Assembly (NCBI GenBank): GCA_963760795.1
Contig: CAVXEP010000012.1
Location: 64,001 to 128,000, forward strand
Direction: 5' to 3'
DNA length: 64,000 nucleotides
Source: an uncultured delta proteobacterium
GTDB lineage: Bacteria; Desulfobacterota; Binatia; UBA9968
Shown piece by piece: positions 33,435-44,292 of the stretch (its first letter is position 1; every line of letters starts with the position of its first letter). Position numbers and translations under genes: made by a program. The notes under the pieces are model-generated. The model saw nothing but the letters and a program-made list of their open reading frames with translations. It was not told the DNA's origin and did not search any database.

Positions 33435-34458
33435 GTGTTCAAACTCGTCGGCAACTCACTCGGTCAACTGCTCCTGGTTATGACAGCGCTGGCGTCGGTC
33501 CAGGCCGCCGCGCCATTCTACGAAGGCAAGACTATAAGATTAATCGTCGGCTTCTCCGCCGGCGGCGGCTTCGACACATACTCGCGCTTGATCGCGCGCC
33601 ACTTGGGCCGTCATATTCCGGGGAACCCGGCCATCGTCGTCGAGAACATGACCGGCGCCGCCAGTCTGCTCGCCGCCAATCATGTATATAAGGTGGCCAA
33701 GCCCGACGGCCTGACGATCTTCAATTTCCACGGCAACCAGGTGATCAATCAAGTCATCGGCAAGCCGGGCATCGAATTCGACGCGCGCAGGTTCGAGTAC
33801 ATCGGCATCCCGACCCAGGACAACGTCGCCTGCGGTTTTACCAAGGCAAGTGGCATCACCACTTTTGACTGCGTTGCGCAATTCGAAAGCGCCGGTGAAA
33901 ATCGGCGGTGTCGCGCCGGGCGATACGACGTATAACACCGCCAAACTCCTCCTCGCCGCGCTAAAACTGCCGCTACAACTGGTGGCCGGTTACAAAGGCA
34001 CGGCGGAGGTTCGCCTCGCCGCCGAAGCCGGCGAAATCGCCGGCGGTTGCTGGCAATGGGAATCGATTAAATCAATTTGGCGCCAAGGCCTCGACTCCGG
34101 CAACGTCTTTATCGTCCTGCAGGTCAATGCCAAGCCGCACCCGGAGTTGGCCAAAGTTCCTAACGCCGTCGACTTCGCGGCCGATGATAACGCCAAGCAA
34201 ATCCTGAAATTCGGCGGCCACGATCCGTCGGCGATCACTCGCCCCTACGCGGTGGCGCCGGGGACACCCAAGGACCGCGTGCAACTACTGCGCAAGGCGT
34301 TCAGCGAGACGCTCAAGGATCCCGAGTTCATCGCCGACGCCAAACGTTCACGCCTTGACACCGACCCGCTGACCGGCGAGGAGATTGAAAAAATCGTGCT
34401 GCAGCTCTTTAAGATAGAGCCAGGGATGGTAAGCCAGTTAAAAGAGATACTGAAATAA
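33435..34458 (+). pseudogene. TctC/Bug substrate-binding protein with one +1 frameshift near 33870 (probably an error)
   Basis: FYEGKTIRLIVGFSAGGGFD; removing one T at 33870 joins GITTFD to ALRNSKAPVKIGG..GYKGT. Confidence 0.85.
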
Positions 34459-34499
34459 CCGATCGCCGCCATCGACTAACCACGTTACAAGGAGCCTCC

Positions 34500-35516
34500 A
34501 TGAAACCACGGTCTGCCATTTGGTTGCTGCTCATTTTGTTGGCTTTGAGTTTCGACGCTTTTGCCCAGGATAATTTTTATCGCGGCAAGACCGTGCGGAT
34601 CATCGTCGGCGCCACCGCCGGCGGCGGCTACGACACCTACGCCCGCACCATCGCCCGTCATATGGGCAAGCATGTCGCCGGCAACCCGACCTTCATCGTC
34701 GACAACATGCCCGGCGCGGGATTCCTTATCTCGGCCAACTACATGTACAAGATCGCCAAGCCCGACGGCCTGACCATCGGCCACTTCATCGGTGGTCTTT
34801 TCTTGCAGCAGCTGCTCGGTAAACCAGGCGTCGAATTCGACGCGCGCAAGTTTGAATACATCGGCGTGCCGGCGCAGGACAACTACATGCTCGGCGTGCA
34901 CAAGAGCACTGGCATCACCAGCATCGAACAATGGTTGTCTTCGAAAGCCATGGTTAAATTCGGCGGTGTCGGCGCCGGCTCAGCCACCGACGATATCCCA
35001 AAAGTGCTCGGTCCGGCCATCGGTTTGCCCTTTCAGTTGGTCTCCGGTTACAAAGGCACCGCAGACGTGCGGCTCGCCTTTAATAGCGGCGAGATTAACG
35101 GCATCTGCAATTCTTGGGAGTCGTTCAAAGCCACCTGGAGCAAAGAGCTGGCGGCGGGCGAAGTGGTTATCGTCTTGCAAAACATCGCCAAGCCCCATGC
35201 CGATCAGCCTAAACTGCCGCTGGCGATCAACTTTGCCAAGACTGAGGAAGGTCAGAAGCTGATCAAAGCTTTGGTCCATAGCGTCGGCCCGACGGCGCGC
35301 CCCTTCATGCTGCCGCCGGCAACGCCCAAGGACCGCGTCCAGCTCCTGCGCAAAGCGTATATGGACACGATGAAAGATCCGGAGTTCCTCGCCGACGCCA
35401 CCAAAGCCCGCTTGGACGTGAACCCCCTCGACGGCGCCGAGTTGGAAAAAAACGTCCGAGAAGTTTTCAACCTAGACAAGACGCTGATTCCGCGCGCGAA
35501 AGAAATCCTCAAATAG
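34500..35516 (+). CDS. TctC/Bug tripartite tricarboxylate transporter binding protein
   Basis: FYRGKTVRIIVG..GGGYD, NMPGAG, KPDGLT, GYKG; tandem paralog of the previous gene. Confidence 0.92.
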   Translation: MKPRSAIWLLLILLALSFDAFAQDNFYRGKTVRIIVGATAGGGYDTYARTIARHMGKHVAGNPTFIVDNMPGAGFLISANYMYKIAKPDGLTIGHFIGGLFLQQLLGKPGVEFDARKFEYIGVPAQDNYMLGVHKSTGITSIEQWLSSKAMVKFGGVGAGSATDDIPKVLGPAIGLPFQLVSGYKGTADVRLAFNSGEINGICNSWESFKATWSKELAAGEVVIVLQNIAKPHADQPKLPLAINFAKTEEGQKLIKALVHSVGPTARPFMLPPATPKDRVQLLRKAYMDTMKDPEFLADATKARLDVNPLDGAELEKNVREVFNLDKTLIPRAKEILK

Positions 35517-35532
35517 CGCGAAACGCGCTGAA

Positions 35533-35612
35533 GTGATGGAGTATTGGAATGGTGGAGTGATGGGCTCTGGACCGGACCACCCCTCCGATACTCCACTACT
35601 CCATCACTCCAA
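35533..35612. repeat. Inverted octamer tandem repeats (TGGAGTAT-like / ACTCCA-like) between convergent genes
   Basis: gatggagtattggaatggtggagtgatgg ... ccgatactccactactccatcactccaat. Confidence 0.8.
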
Positions 35613-35623
35613 TTCGCCCACCT

Positions 35624-36052
35624 TCAGAAGCCGCAATCCTTCGGCGTCACATCGATGGTCGCGAAATGCTGCTTGTCCTTGTCGAAATACGAGTAACGTA
35701 GAGTTACGCCTTTCTTGAGAAAATCGTCGCGCGTCTCGGGCCGGCTGCACGCGCTTTGCACTAGCCGGTCTCGCGCACCGGCGGCGAATCGTTGATGGTC
35801 AAGGTTTTTTACCGCATAGTTCACTAAACGATAGTTATAAATCAGCATCCCTTCATGGCCTGAGGATGGCATTAGCTCGGTCTCCTTATCGATCATCAGC
35901 GGTATGCCGCGATTGATCTCCGCGGCGATGCGGCTCAAATACTCCTGCGAGCGCGGGTCGTCCGGCTTACGTGGGAAATATGCCGGCACCAGCCACCAGA
36001 GCAAGTACGCCGCTATCACACCAACTGCGATCCAAGAAATGTTTCTGATCAT
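35624..36052 (-). CDS. Hypothetical membrane-anchored protein
   Basis: N-terminal TM helix, PLMIDKET, two Cys; overlaps the upstream stop (ATGA). Confidence 0.75.
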   Translation of the reverse strand: MIRNISWIAVGVIAAYLLWWLVPAYFPRKPDDPRSQEYLSRIAAEINRGIPLMIDKETELMPSSGHEGMLIYNYRLVNYAVKNLDHQRFAAGARDRLVQSACSRPETRDDFLKKGVTLRYSYFDKDKQHFATIDVTPKDCGF

Positions 36053-37635
36053 CGTTTGAACTCAACTAAATGCCACGGCATACGCCCGTTACCTTCGCTG
36101 GCGATTATCCAAGTCCGCGACAACATCGGTAGTCTGACGAAATCGCGCTCCCTGACCAAGAGAAAGCCAGATTGGCCCGTCTTTAGCAATTTTTCCAATA
36201 CTGCCGGTGAACTTACAACCGGTATGACTTCGCGCTCGGCATAATAATTAAAATCATGCATGGTGTCGGCATAGATATACAACGGCACGGTCACTGGCAC
36301 GAATCTTTTGATCTCCAAGGCGAACGGTCGCGGCGATTTAAAATTTTCCAAATAGGGGAATATCCAAAGCGCCGCCGCGAAAATCGACAGAGTCATCAAA
36401 GCGACGATCGCCGCCATCGCCCTACGCAACTCGCGTAGCAGCAAGTATGCGGCAACGAGCGCGCCGCCGATCGTCAACACCAGAGTCGCCGGCAACAGCG
36501 GCAGCAGAGCATCGGGTCGCAGCCACCATGCCGCCGCTGGAACAAGGAGAGCGCCGAGCGCAAGCAGTGTGAAGCAACCCGCCATGAACCAGCGAAGATA
36601 CCCGCCTAGCGCGTCGCGCTCATGTCCGAGAGAGTCCCAATAGCAAGCGACCATTAACGCCGCCGTCGGCAGCAACGGCAGCAAATAAAGCTCGCGCTTG
36701 GTGGCGGCGATGGTAAAAAATAACAAGATTGTCAGAAACCAGCAGAGGCAAAGTTGACTGGAGACATCCTGCAAGGCTGGGCGATAAGGCCAGCGCGCGA
36801 TCAGTGCGGGGATGGCGAAGACCGTCCACGGCAAAAAATCGGCGGGTAGCGTCGTCAGATAATAATAGACCGGCTGCCGATGGCCGGCACCGGCGGTGTA
36901 ACGCTGCACATGATGGATGTAAATAAACTCGCTGAGCCAACGCCCGTCGGTTGCTTGCTGAACTAGATAAAACCACGGCACGGTGACCAGCAGGAAAATG
37001 GGAATACCCAAATGAAGCTTAGCTGCCGCGATCATGCGCCAATCGCGTCGCACCAGCATGAAGGCGCCGAATACCAAGCCAGGCAACACTACGCCGATCA
37101 ACCCCTTGGTCAGTACCGCCAGTCCCATGAAAGCGTAGGCAAAAAGAATCCCATAACCGCGATCTTTGCCGAGAAAAGTTCGTGCGGCGAAATAAATCGA
37201 CAACAGTAACCAGCAACAAAAAACCATGTCGACATGGGCCCAGCGCGCTTCCCAAATGACGCGCATCGATGTCGCCAAGACCGTCGCCGCGACAACGCCG
37301 ATGCGCGGGCTGAAAAAATCGCGGCCGAAGAAGTAAGTCGATAAAATTAATCCGACGCCGCCGAGCGCGGCGGGAAACCGCACCGTCCACTCGGACACGC
37401 TGCCGCAAAGGTTCGACGCGATCAGCGCCAGCCAGAAAAACAAAATCGGCTTATCGGTGTAAATGCCTCCGTTGACGGTGGGAACAATCCACTCGCCCTT
37501 GGCAAACATCACCCGAACGATCTCGGCGTAGCGCGGCTCCACCGGCGCCCAGAAATCACGCGAGCCGAGAGCGAAGAAAAATAACAGAGAACTTAAAATA
37601 ACGAGAATCAGCGGAAAGTGGTTTTGGCGAATCAA
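36049..37635 (-). CDS. ArnT-like GT-C glycosyltransferase
   Basis: EPRYAE..M, YTDKPIL, LTKGLIG, many TM helices. Confidence 0.9.
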   Translation of the reverse strand: MIRQNHFPLILVILSSLLFFFALGSRDFWAPVEPRYAEIVRVMFAKGEWIVPTVNGGIYTDKPILFFWLALIASNLCGSVSEWTVRFPAALGGVGLILSTYFFGRDFFSPRIGVVAATVLATSMRVIWEARWAHVDMVFCCWLLLSIYFAARTFLGKDRGYGILFAYAFMGLAVLTKGLIGVVLPGLVFGAFMLVRRDWRMIAAAKLHLGIPIFLLVTVPWFYLVQQATDGRWLSEFIYIHHVQRYTAGAGHRQPVYYYLTTLPADFLPWTVFAIPALIARWPYRPALQDVSSQLCLCWFLTILLFFTIAATKRELYLLPLLPTAALMVACYWDSLGHERDALGGYLRWFMAGCFTLLALGALLVPAAAWWLRPDALLPLLPATLVLTIGGALVAAYLLLRELRRAMAAIVALMTLSIFAAALWIFPYLENFKSPRPFALEIKRFVPVTVPLYIYADTMHDFNYYAEREVIPVVSSPAVLEKLLKTGQSGFLLVRERDFVRLPMLSRTWIIASEGNGRMPWHLVEFKR

Positions 37636-37750
37636 TTGAACGGGTCAGCCGACGACGAGATAATTCAGCACTAACAGTCGCCAGGTTTTTTTTCCAGTGG
37701 CGCGGGCAGGGCAAACTAACGAAGCCTGCCGAGGGAGCTGTGATTGAGCC

Positions 37751-37783
37751 AAAAAAAGGGGAGCAGCCCATCGGCTGCTCCCC
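37751..37783 (-). terminator. Rho-independent terminator after porin
   Basis: GGGGAGCAGCC/GGCTGCTCCCC stem followed by U7 on the minus strand. Confidence 0.9.
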
Positions 37784-37809
37784 GTCCGCCCTAAGTGGAG
37801 GCATTCAAC

Positions 37810-39048
37810 TTAGAACGTGTAAAGCAATTGCACACCGATCGTCGTCTGATTGCTTTCGGCGCTGTTTTTGCCTTTCTGGTAAACTGGGTGGTTGGCCCAA
37901 TCCTGACGCACCTCGGCGCGACCGATCAGCATCTTGGTAAACTTATAGCTGCCGGTCAAAGTCAGTTCGCCGAGTGTGACATTATGTTGGGGAGTAGTGG
38001 CCGATAAGCCGGCAGTTCGCGCAGCTTCATTATCGAAGAAAACCTCGCCACGCAGAGCCGTGGTGAAACGGTCGGTCCAGCTCCACGATGCGATAGCAGC
38101 AAGAGCGTGCCAGTAAACATTTTCCGAATTGCTCGTCGGCGTGGCCACTTCAGATTCCCTGCCGAACGTATATTCGAACAAAATTGTCAACGGATCCGTC
38201 GGTTTGATCGTCGCCACACTGCTCCAGGTCATCCTTAGGCGTCCGGTGTTATGCCTTTGTTCGGGACCAATTAGGAGATTGCTCGCCAAGCCAAAGGCAT
38301 CGCTCGGGGTCAAGTTCACGCCAACAATACCGGATGGCGCGCTGTTGTTGTCGTGCGGATTATCCCAACCGGTCACCACGCCTAAAGTGGCCGTGACCGT
38401 TTTGTGAAACGGATAGCTGAACAACGTCCCGAGATGGCGCAGCGGGACACCAAAGTTAAACGCGAAAGAACGAGAAATATTGTCGTTATACGCGCCGGGG
38501 TTGTTAAGAATTTCCGTGCCTAAGAGAGTTGTGAACAAGCCGCCTTTGATACCGATGCCCTCGCCCAAAGGAATGGTGGTTGTAAGATATGCTTCACGCA
38601 GCTCGGCCGACGGTCCGCAGCAAAACCTGGCACCGGTACTGTTCCACTGTGTGGCTTCGTGCAGCAGCTCGCCATATCGACCAAAATCACCGGAAACCCT
38701 GAAACCAACGCCCCAGTCCTTTTCCGGCTTTTCTACTGCGAGATGAAAATTACTAACATTAAACTGATTATTGTCTTTATCGAAATAGCGCCCGGAGATA
38801 TTAGACCCATTACCGGGATGATTCGAGCTCCATATGTAGCCCATATCGATAAATCCGCTGATGCCGATGCCCAAAGCATTTTCCAACCCACTTTTACCGT
38901 TGCCGATGGCGCCATCGAGCTTGCCGACACTGCTATCCAGACTCAACCAGCCTGGGCCGAGCGGCTTATCTTCGGCCGCCATAACGTTTTGCCCCCCAAG
39001 CACGATGACTCCAGCTAAGAGCGCGATTCGAACCATTCCACGTTTCAT
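37810..39048 (-). CDS. Outer-membrane beta-barrel porin (BBP2-like)
   Basis: Signal peptide, ELREAY, NDNISRS, RAEVRQD, C-terminal LYTF. Confidence 0.8.
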   Translation of the reverse strand: MKRGMVRIALLAGVIVLGGQNVMAAEDKPLGPGWLSLDSSVGKLDGAIGNGKSGLENALGIGISGFIDMGYIWSSNHPGNGSNISGRYFDKDNNQFNVSNFHLAVEKPEKDWGVGFRVSGDFGRYGELLHEATQWNSTGARFCCGPSAELREAYLTTTIPLGEGIGIKGGLFTTLLGTEILNNPGAYNDNISRSFAFNFGVPLRHLGTLFSYPFHKTVTATLGVVTGWDNPHDNNSAPSGIVGVNLTPSDAFGLASNLLIGPEQRHNTGRLRMTWSSVATIKPTDPLTILFEYTFGRESEVATPTSNSENVYWHALAAIASWSWTDRFTTALRGEVFFDNEAARTAGLSATTPQHNVTLGELTLTGSYKFTKMLIGRAEVRQDWANHPVYQKGKNSAESNQTTIGVQLLYTF

Positions 39049-39168
39049 TACCCAATCCTCCTCGAAAATCGATTTCGCTAATTTATAGCAAATTCTTCAC
39101 TAAACCCAAACGAACTAGTTCACAAAGTACAAACAAATTTCACCAGTATTTAATTGCGTAAATTCGCA

Positions 39169-39183
39169 GCAAAACGAATGCCA
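39169..39183 (-). promoter_or_regulatory. sigma54 -24/-12 promoter (porin)
   Basis: TGGCATTCGTTTTGC, GG-N10-GC spacing. Confidence 0.75.
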
Positions 39184-39265
39184 TGGGATATTCCATCCAC
39201 TTGTAGTTGGATCTTTCATTTCACGCAGATTTCTCAACTGATGGAGAGCGCCACGTACGAATAAT

Positions 39266-39302
39266 TGCCTAGTTATTGACACTGCTGCTGAAAATTTATG
39301 CA
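39266..39302. promoter_or_regulatory. Paired NtrC-like enhancer boxes
   Basis: TGCCTAGTTATTGACAC and TGCTGAAAATTTATGCA, about 85-120 bp upstream of -24. Confidence 0.5.
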
Positions 39303-39462
39303 ATCACGGCTGCAAAAACTACAACCACGCTCTAGACAGGCCACGAAGCAACATGCAGCGGCCCACTGGCCAAGTTAGGATCGCCGATAGAGGGTCAACA
39401 GTTCAGGATCACCCGGTCCGGCGCCGACCAGATAAACCTGCCAATCCCGGTCGCGGTCATCG

Positions 39463-41624
39463 CTAATTGTCCTCCAGGGGGAAATCGCTAACCTTGCGCA
39501 CGCGCACGGCGCACGCTTTGAGCTCAGGCTGGCGCGACACCGGATCGCGCGCCGAGATCGTTAGATTGTTGGCCGCTTTGTAAAAGCCATAATCGCGACC
39601 CCAGTGAAACGGCAAGAAACAGCTGCCGCTGGCAATCTCTTCGGTGACCCGGCATTGGGCGATCACCTTGCCGCGGCGCGAGGTGACTTCGACAAAATCG
39701 GCGTCATGAATATTGTATTGGCGTGCGTCGGCGCGATTGATCTCGAGAATCGGATCAGGCGCGCTTTTGCGCAGCGCGGCATTCTTGCCGGTGCGCGTCA
39801 TAGTATGCCAATGGTACTTTGAACGTCCGGTGTTCAGCACCAACGGATAGTCGGCGTCAACCGGCTCAATCGGCCCGGCGTGCAAGACGGGAATGAAGTT
39901 GGCCCTGCCATCGCTCGACGGGAATTTCCCGTCGGCATACAACCGCGTAGAATCTCCGCGGTTATTTTTTGGACAGGGCCACTGCAACGGGCCGAGCTTT
40001 CAGCTTGCGATAATTCATGCCCGAGCAATCGCAAGCCGTATGTTTTGTCAGCGCGGCATATTCCGCGAAGATTTCCTGCGACGAGGCGTAAGTGAAATCG
40101 GCGCCGAAGCCCAACGCCGCGGCGAAACGCGCGATGATCTGCCAGTCTGGCAGGGCTTCACCGGGCGGGTCGACAAGCTTCGGCATGTAGGTGACACGGC
40201 GCTCGGAATTGGTCATGACGCCTTCTTTTTCGCTCCACTGGGCCGCCGGCAGAAGTACGTGAGCCAAGCGACTCGTGGCGGTCGGATTATACGCGTCCTG
40301 GACGATCACCAACTCGGCTTGGCGCAGCGCTTTTTCGATCACATCGAGATCTGGCGCCGACGCCGCCGGATTGGTGCACAGAATCCAGATCGCTTTCAGC
40401 TTGCCTTGGGCCAGCGCTTCGAACTGCTCCAGGGCAGGCAATCCAGCCTTAGCCGCGATAGAACCGAATGGCCGACGCCAAAATTTTTCCACTTCACTGC
40501 GCTGCGCGTCGTTCTCGACATCGCGATAGCCGGGCAACATATGCGCCAAGCCGCCGACTTCTCTGCCGCCCATGGCGTTGGGCTGTCCAGTGAGCGAGAA
40601 CGGACCGCAGCCGGGCTTACCGATCTTGCCGGTGGCCAGATGCAAATTGTGAATCGCGTTGTTCTTGTGCACACCGACACTGCTTTGGTTGACACCCATG
40701 CTCCAGAGCGAAAGCGCCTTGGCCGACTTGCCAAAGATCAGCGCCGCCTCGACGATCAGACACTCCGGGACGCCGCAGATGGCTTCGACGGCTTTCGGTG
40801 AATAGTCCCTGATGAAGTCCAAAAGCTTGGCGAAACCGTTGGTGTGCCCGGTAATAAACTCACGGTCAAGCAAATTTTCGTCAAGCAAAACATAGAGCAT
40901 GGCGTTGAGCAGCGCGATATCGGTACCTGGACGGATCGGCAAGTGCAGATCGGCGAAGTCAGCGGTCTCGGTGCGCCGCGGATCGACGCAGATGATCGTC
41001 ACTTGGTCCGGCGCGCTCAGCTTGCGCTGTTTGATACGTTTAAAAATCACCGGATGGCAATCCGCGGTGTTGGTGCCGATCAGGAAAATACAATTGGCCT
41101 CGTCGATATCGGCGTAGGAGTTGGGCGGGCCATCGGCGCCAAAAGAGCTTTTGTAACCGGCCACCGCCGAAGCCATACAAAGACGGGAATTGGTATCGAA
41201 GTTGTTGGTGCCGATGAAGCCTTTGACGAGCTTGTTAGCGATGTAATACTCTTCCGTAGTCAATTGCCCCGAGCCGTAAAAAGCCACAGCATCCGGACCA
41301 TGCTCGTCGATGATATCGCGAAATCGTTTGGCCAAATAGGTCATTGTCTGATCCCAGGACGCCCGCTTGAACGGACCGTCTTGGCAGGAACGAATCTGCG
41401 GATAGAGCAAGCGGTCCGCTGTGCGCAAGGTCTCCGGCAGGTAGACCGCTTTGAGACAGAGATCGCCGCGGCTCGACGGATGATCGCGGATCGCCTTTGA
41501 TCTTCGCCACCGTGCCGTCGCGAATTCCGGCCAAGAGCCCGCAGCCGACGCCGCAATAGGGGCAGTAACTTTTAACCCAGCGTTCGATGCCGCTACCCGG
41601 CGATTTTTTGTGGTTGCTTTCCAC
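39463..41624 (-). pseudogene. nasA: Assimilatory nitrate reductase catalytic subunit (NasA/NarB-like) with two +1 frameshifts (about 41486 and 39994)
   Basis: CPYCGVGC, NNFDTNSRLCMASA, SLTGQPNAMGGRE, TNSERR, DPVSRQPELK; removing one base at each site restores KGDPDHP and KAGPLQWPC. Confidence 0.9.
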
Positions 41625-41653
41625 GACACCCCGCTCCGCTCATTCTGTTCGGA

Positions 41654-42622
41654 TTACGACAGCGCCTTCGCGGCGGCGCGGCTTAGGCTCGTGACCGCAT
41701 CAACGATCGGCGCTTGCTTGCGGAATTTACCGCGGAAGCGATTGAAACCGGTGTATTTCTCGATTACCAACAGTTCTTCCGCCGTTACTTTTGGGTTATC
41801 GGTTTTTGCCGGTTGGTGGTCCACTCGAGATGCGAACGTACCGTTGGCATGCGCACGCTCCTCGAGAAACCCGAGCAATTGGCTGCGTATTTGATGATAG
41901 CGAGGATCTTCGCCGATACCCAGTCGATCGCGCGGCCGTTCGAATGGCACGCTGACGATCTCGCCGACCGTGGCCGCCGGCCCATTGGTCATCATGACGA
42001 TGCGATCGGCGAGCAAGATCGCTTCGTCGACGTCGTGGGTGACCATGAGAACGGTCTTATTTTCTTGCGCGCACAGCTGCATCAATTGGTCTTGCAGCTC
42101 CATGCGCGTGACCACGTCGAGCAAGCTAAACGGCTCGTCGAGCAACAGCACTTTCGGTTCCAATGCCAAGGCGCGCGCTATGCCGACGCGCTGGCGCATG
42201 CCGGCGGACAGCTCGTCGGGATAGCTGTCGGCGGCGCCATTTAGACCGACGGCGTTAAGAAACTTATCGGCGAGCTCTTTACGCGCTTTATGCGTCTGCC
42301 GATCGCTCACCTGGTCGATCGCCAGCAATATGTTTTCCCGCGCGCTCAGCCATGGCAACAGCGCCGAAGATTGAAACACCACGCCGCGGTCCAAACCGGG
42401 GCCGACCACTTCGCGCCCGGCGATGATGATGCCGCCTCGGGTGGCCTCGTTGAGCCCCATGGCGATCGATAAAACCGTCGATTTGCCGCAGCCCGAATGG
42501 CCGATGATGCAGACAAACTCGCCGTCGCTGACGCGCAAGTTAAAGTCTTTGACGATCACCGCCGGCCCCTGTGCAGTATCGTAGCTCTTGCCAAGTTGGG
42601 TGATTTCAAGTGCTGGAATCAT
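41654..42622 (-). CDS. nrtD: Nitrate ABC transporter ATP-binding subunit with C-terminal extension
   Basis: GHSGCGKS, LSAGMRQR, LLLDEPF, MMTNGPAA. Confidence 0.8.
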   Translation of the reverse strand: MIPALEITQLGKSYDTAQGPAVIVKDFNLRVSDGEFVCIIGHSGCGKSTVLSIAMGLNEATRGGIIIAGREVVGPGLDRGVVFQSSALLPWLSARENILLAIDQVSDRQTHKARKELADKFLNAVGLNGAADSYPDELSAGMRQRVGIARALALEPKVLLLDEPFSLLDVVTRMELQDQLMQLCAQENKTVLMVTHDVDEAILLADRIVMMTNGPAATVGEIVSVPFERPRDRLGIGEDPRYHQIRSQLLGFLEERAHANGTFASRVDHQPAKTDNPKVTAEELLVIEKYTGFNRFRGKFRKQAPIVDAVTSLSRAAAKALS

Positions 42623-42654
42623 GTAGTTATTTCCCCCTGTCTATCGCTGCCGGC

Positions 42655-43494
42655 CTAATGGGTAATCGCCGCCGCTGGGTCATGAGCGCTCGCCCGGCCA
42701 TGATCGGCCTTGCTCGGAGTGAGGGCTTTGAGGGTTTCGCGCCGGGCTTTTTGACAGCTGGCAAGCCCACTCAACTGCATCCGACCGCGCGGATGGGCCG
42801 CGTCTACTATGATTGCCGGTCCGAGCGTCGCTCCCGGCGCGGCGGTTAGCGTATAGATGGTGTCGGCGAGCAAAATCGCTTCGTCGATATCGTTGGTGAT
42901 CATCACCACGGTCTTGCGGGTTTCGGTCCAGATGCGCGCCAGCTCTTCTTGCAACGTGCCGCGCGTCAGCGCATCGAGCGCGCTGAACGGCTCGTCTAAG
43001 AGCAAGACTCTCGGCTCCATCGCCAAACCGCGCGCCACCGCAACGCGCTGGCGCATGCCGCCGGAAAGCTCCCGCGGCACCTTGTTCATGGCTGCGCCGA
43101 GGTTGACTAAGTTAATATAACTCTCGGTGCGCTGCCGTTTCTCCGCGGACGATAAGTGCGGCGCCACTGCGTCCACCGCCAGGTAAACGTTTTCAAACAC
43201 GCTGAGCCAAGGCAGCAAAGAATAGTTCTGAAATATCACGCCGCGATCCGGTCCCGGTCCGTCGATCGGCCTGCCTTCGAGCAGGATCGATCCTGAGTCG
43301 GCTTCGATGAGGCCGGCGATCAGCGAGATCAACGTGGTCTTGCCCGCACCTGATCGGCCGACGATGCAGACGAACTCATTTTCACGAATCGACAGGTTGA
43401 TGTCGCGCAGCACTTCAACCTTGCCGCTCTGCGACTTCCCCCGGCCATGGCGCGGAAAACTCTTGCTCACGCCTTTGAGTTCGAGGATTGCCAC
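42655..43494 (-). CDS. nrtC: Nitrate ABC transporter ATP-binding subunit
   Basis: [25 protein letters not shown]. Confidence 0.8.
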   Translation of the reverse strand: MAILELKGVSKSFPRHGRGKSQSGKVEVLRDINLSIRENEFVCIVGRSGAGKTTLISLIAGLIEADSGSILLEGRPIDGPGPDRGVIFQNYSLLPWLSVFENVYLAVDAVAPHLSSAEKRQRTESYINLVNLGAAMNKVPRELSGGMRQRVAVARGLAMEPRVLLLDEPFSALDALTRGTLQEELARIWTETRKTVVMITNDIDEAILLADTIYTLTAAPGATLGPAIIVDAAHPRGRMQLSGLASCQKARRETLKALTPSKADHGRASAHDPAAAITH

Positions 43495-43503
43495 GTTGTC
43501 GCC

Positions 43504-44277
43504 TTAAGCCGATTTAAACCGGCGCTCGACCACGCCCATCAGCCGGTCGAGAACGAAGCCGATCAGTCCGATGGCCAGTACGGATAGAAGAATGTGCGAG
43601 TAGACCAAACTGTTATACTCCTGCCAGAGAAAGCCGCCGAGCCCTGGCGAACCGGTGAGCATCTCGGCGGCAACAATCACCAGCCAGGCCATGCCGAGAC
43701 TAAGACGATAGCCGGTGAACATGTAGGGCAGTGTCGCCGGAATCATAATCTTCGTGAGCGTCTTTATCGGCGACAGTTTAAGCACGCGGCCGACGTTTAG
43801 ATACTCCGTGGCGATGCTGCGCACGCCCATCGCCGTGTTGATCACCGTCGGCCACATGGCGCAAATTGCAATGGTAAATAAAGCCGCCGGCTCGGACTGC
43901 TTGAAGATGACCAAGCCCAGCGGCAACCAGGCCAGAGGCGAGATCGGCCGCAGCACTTGAATCACCGGGTCAAAGGCTTGATTGAACTTCGGCGACAGGC
44001 CCAAGAGAAATCCCAGCGGCGTGCCGAGGGCGATCGCCAAGAAAAATCCCTTGGCGACGCGCACCAGGCTCAAAAACGCGAAGCGCAATATCCCCTGATT
44101 CATCTCGCCGTCTTTAAAGAACGGATCGAGAATATACTGTTGGCTTTCCTGCCAAGTTTTGAGAGGCGACGGCAGGTCGGTGGCTATTTTAAGACTGATC
44201 ACCGTCCATATAAACAGCATGAGAGAGATTCCCATTAGCGGCAAAATAAACGCCGCCGCGTCGAAACGTTTTTCCAT
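43504..44277 (-). CDS. nrtB: Nitrate ABC transporter permease
   Basis: RPISPLAWLP, WPTVINTAMG, AWLVIVAAEML. Confidence 0.92.
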   Translation of the reverse strand: MEKRFDAAAFILPLMGISLMLFIWTVISLKIATDLPSPLKTWQESQQYILDPFFKDGEMNQGILRFAFLSLVRVAKGFFLAIALGTPLGFLLGLSPKFNQAFDPVIQVLRPISPLAWLPLGLVIFKQSEPAALFTIAICAMWPTVINTAMGVRSIATEYLNVGRVLKLSPIKTLTKIMIPATLPYMFTGYRLSLGMAWLVIVAAEMLTGSPGLGGFLWQEYNSLVYSHILLSVLAIGLIGFVLDRLMGVVERRFKSA

Positions 44278-44292
44278 GGCGTCTACTACCCT

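Noticed and set aside
20303-35612. CRISPR array at the short repeat clusters
   Set aside because: Units are 7-8 nt in tandem or inverted arrangement with no spacers, and no cas genes are present.
39463-41629. Programmed frameshifting or a naturally split nitrate reductase
   Set aside because: No slippery sequences at the junctions; the same +1 pattern occurs in unrelated genes.
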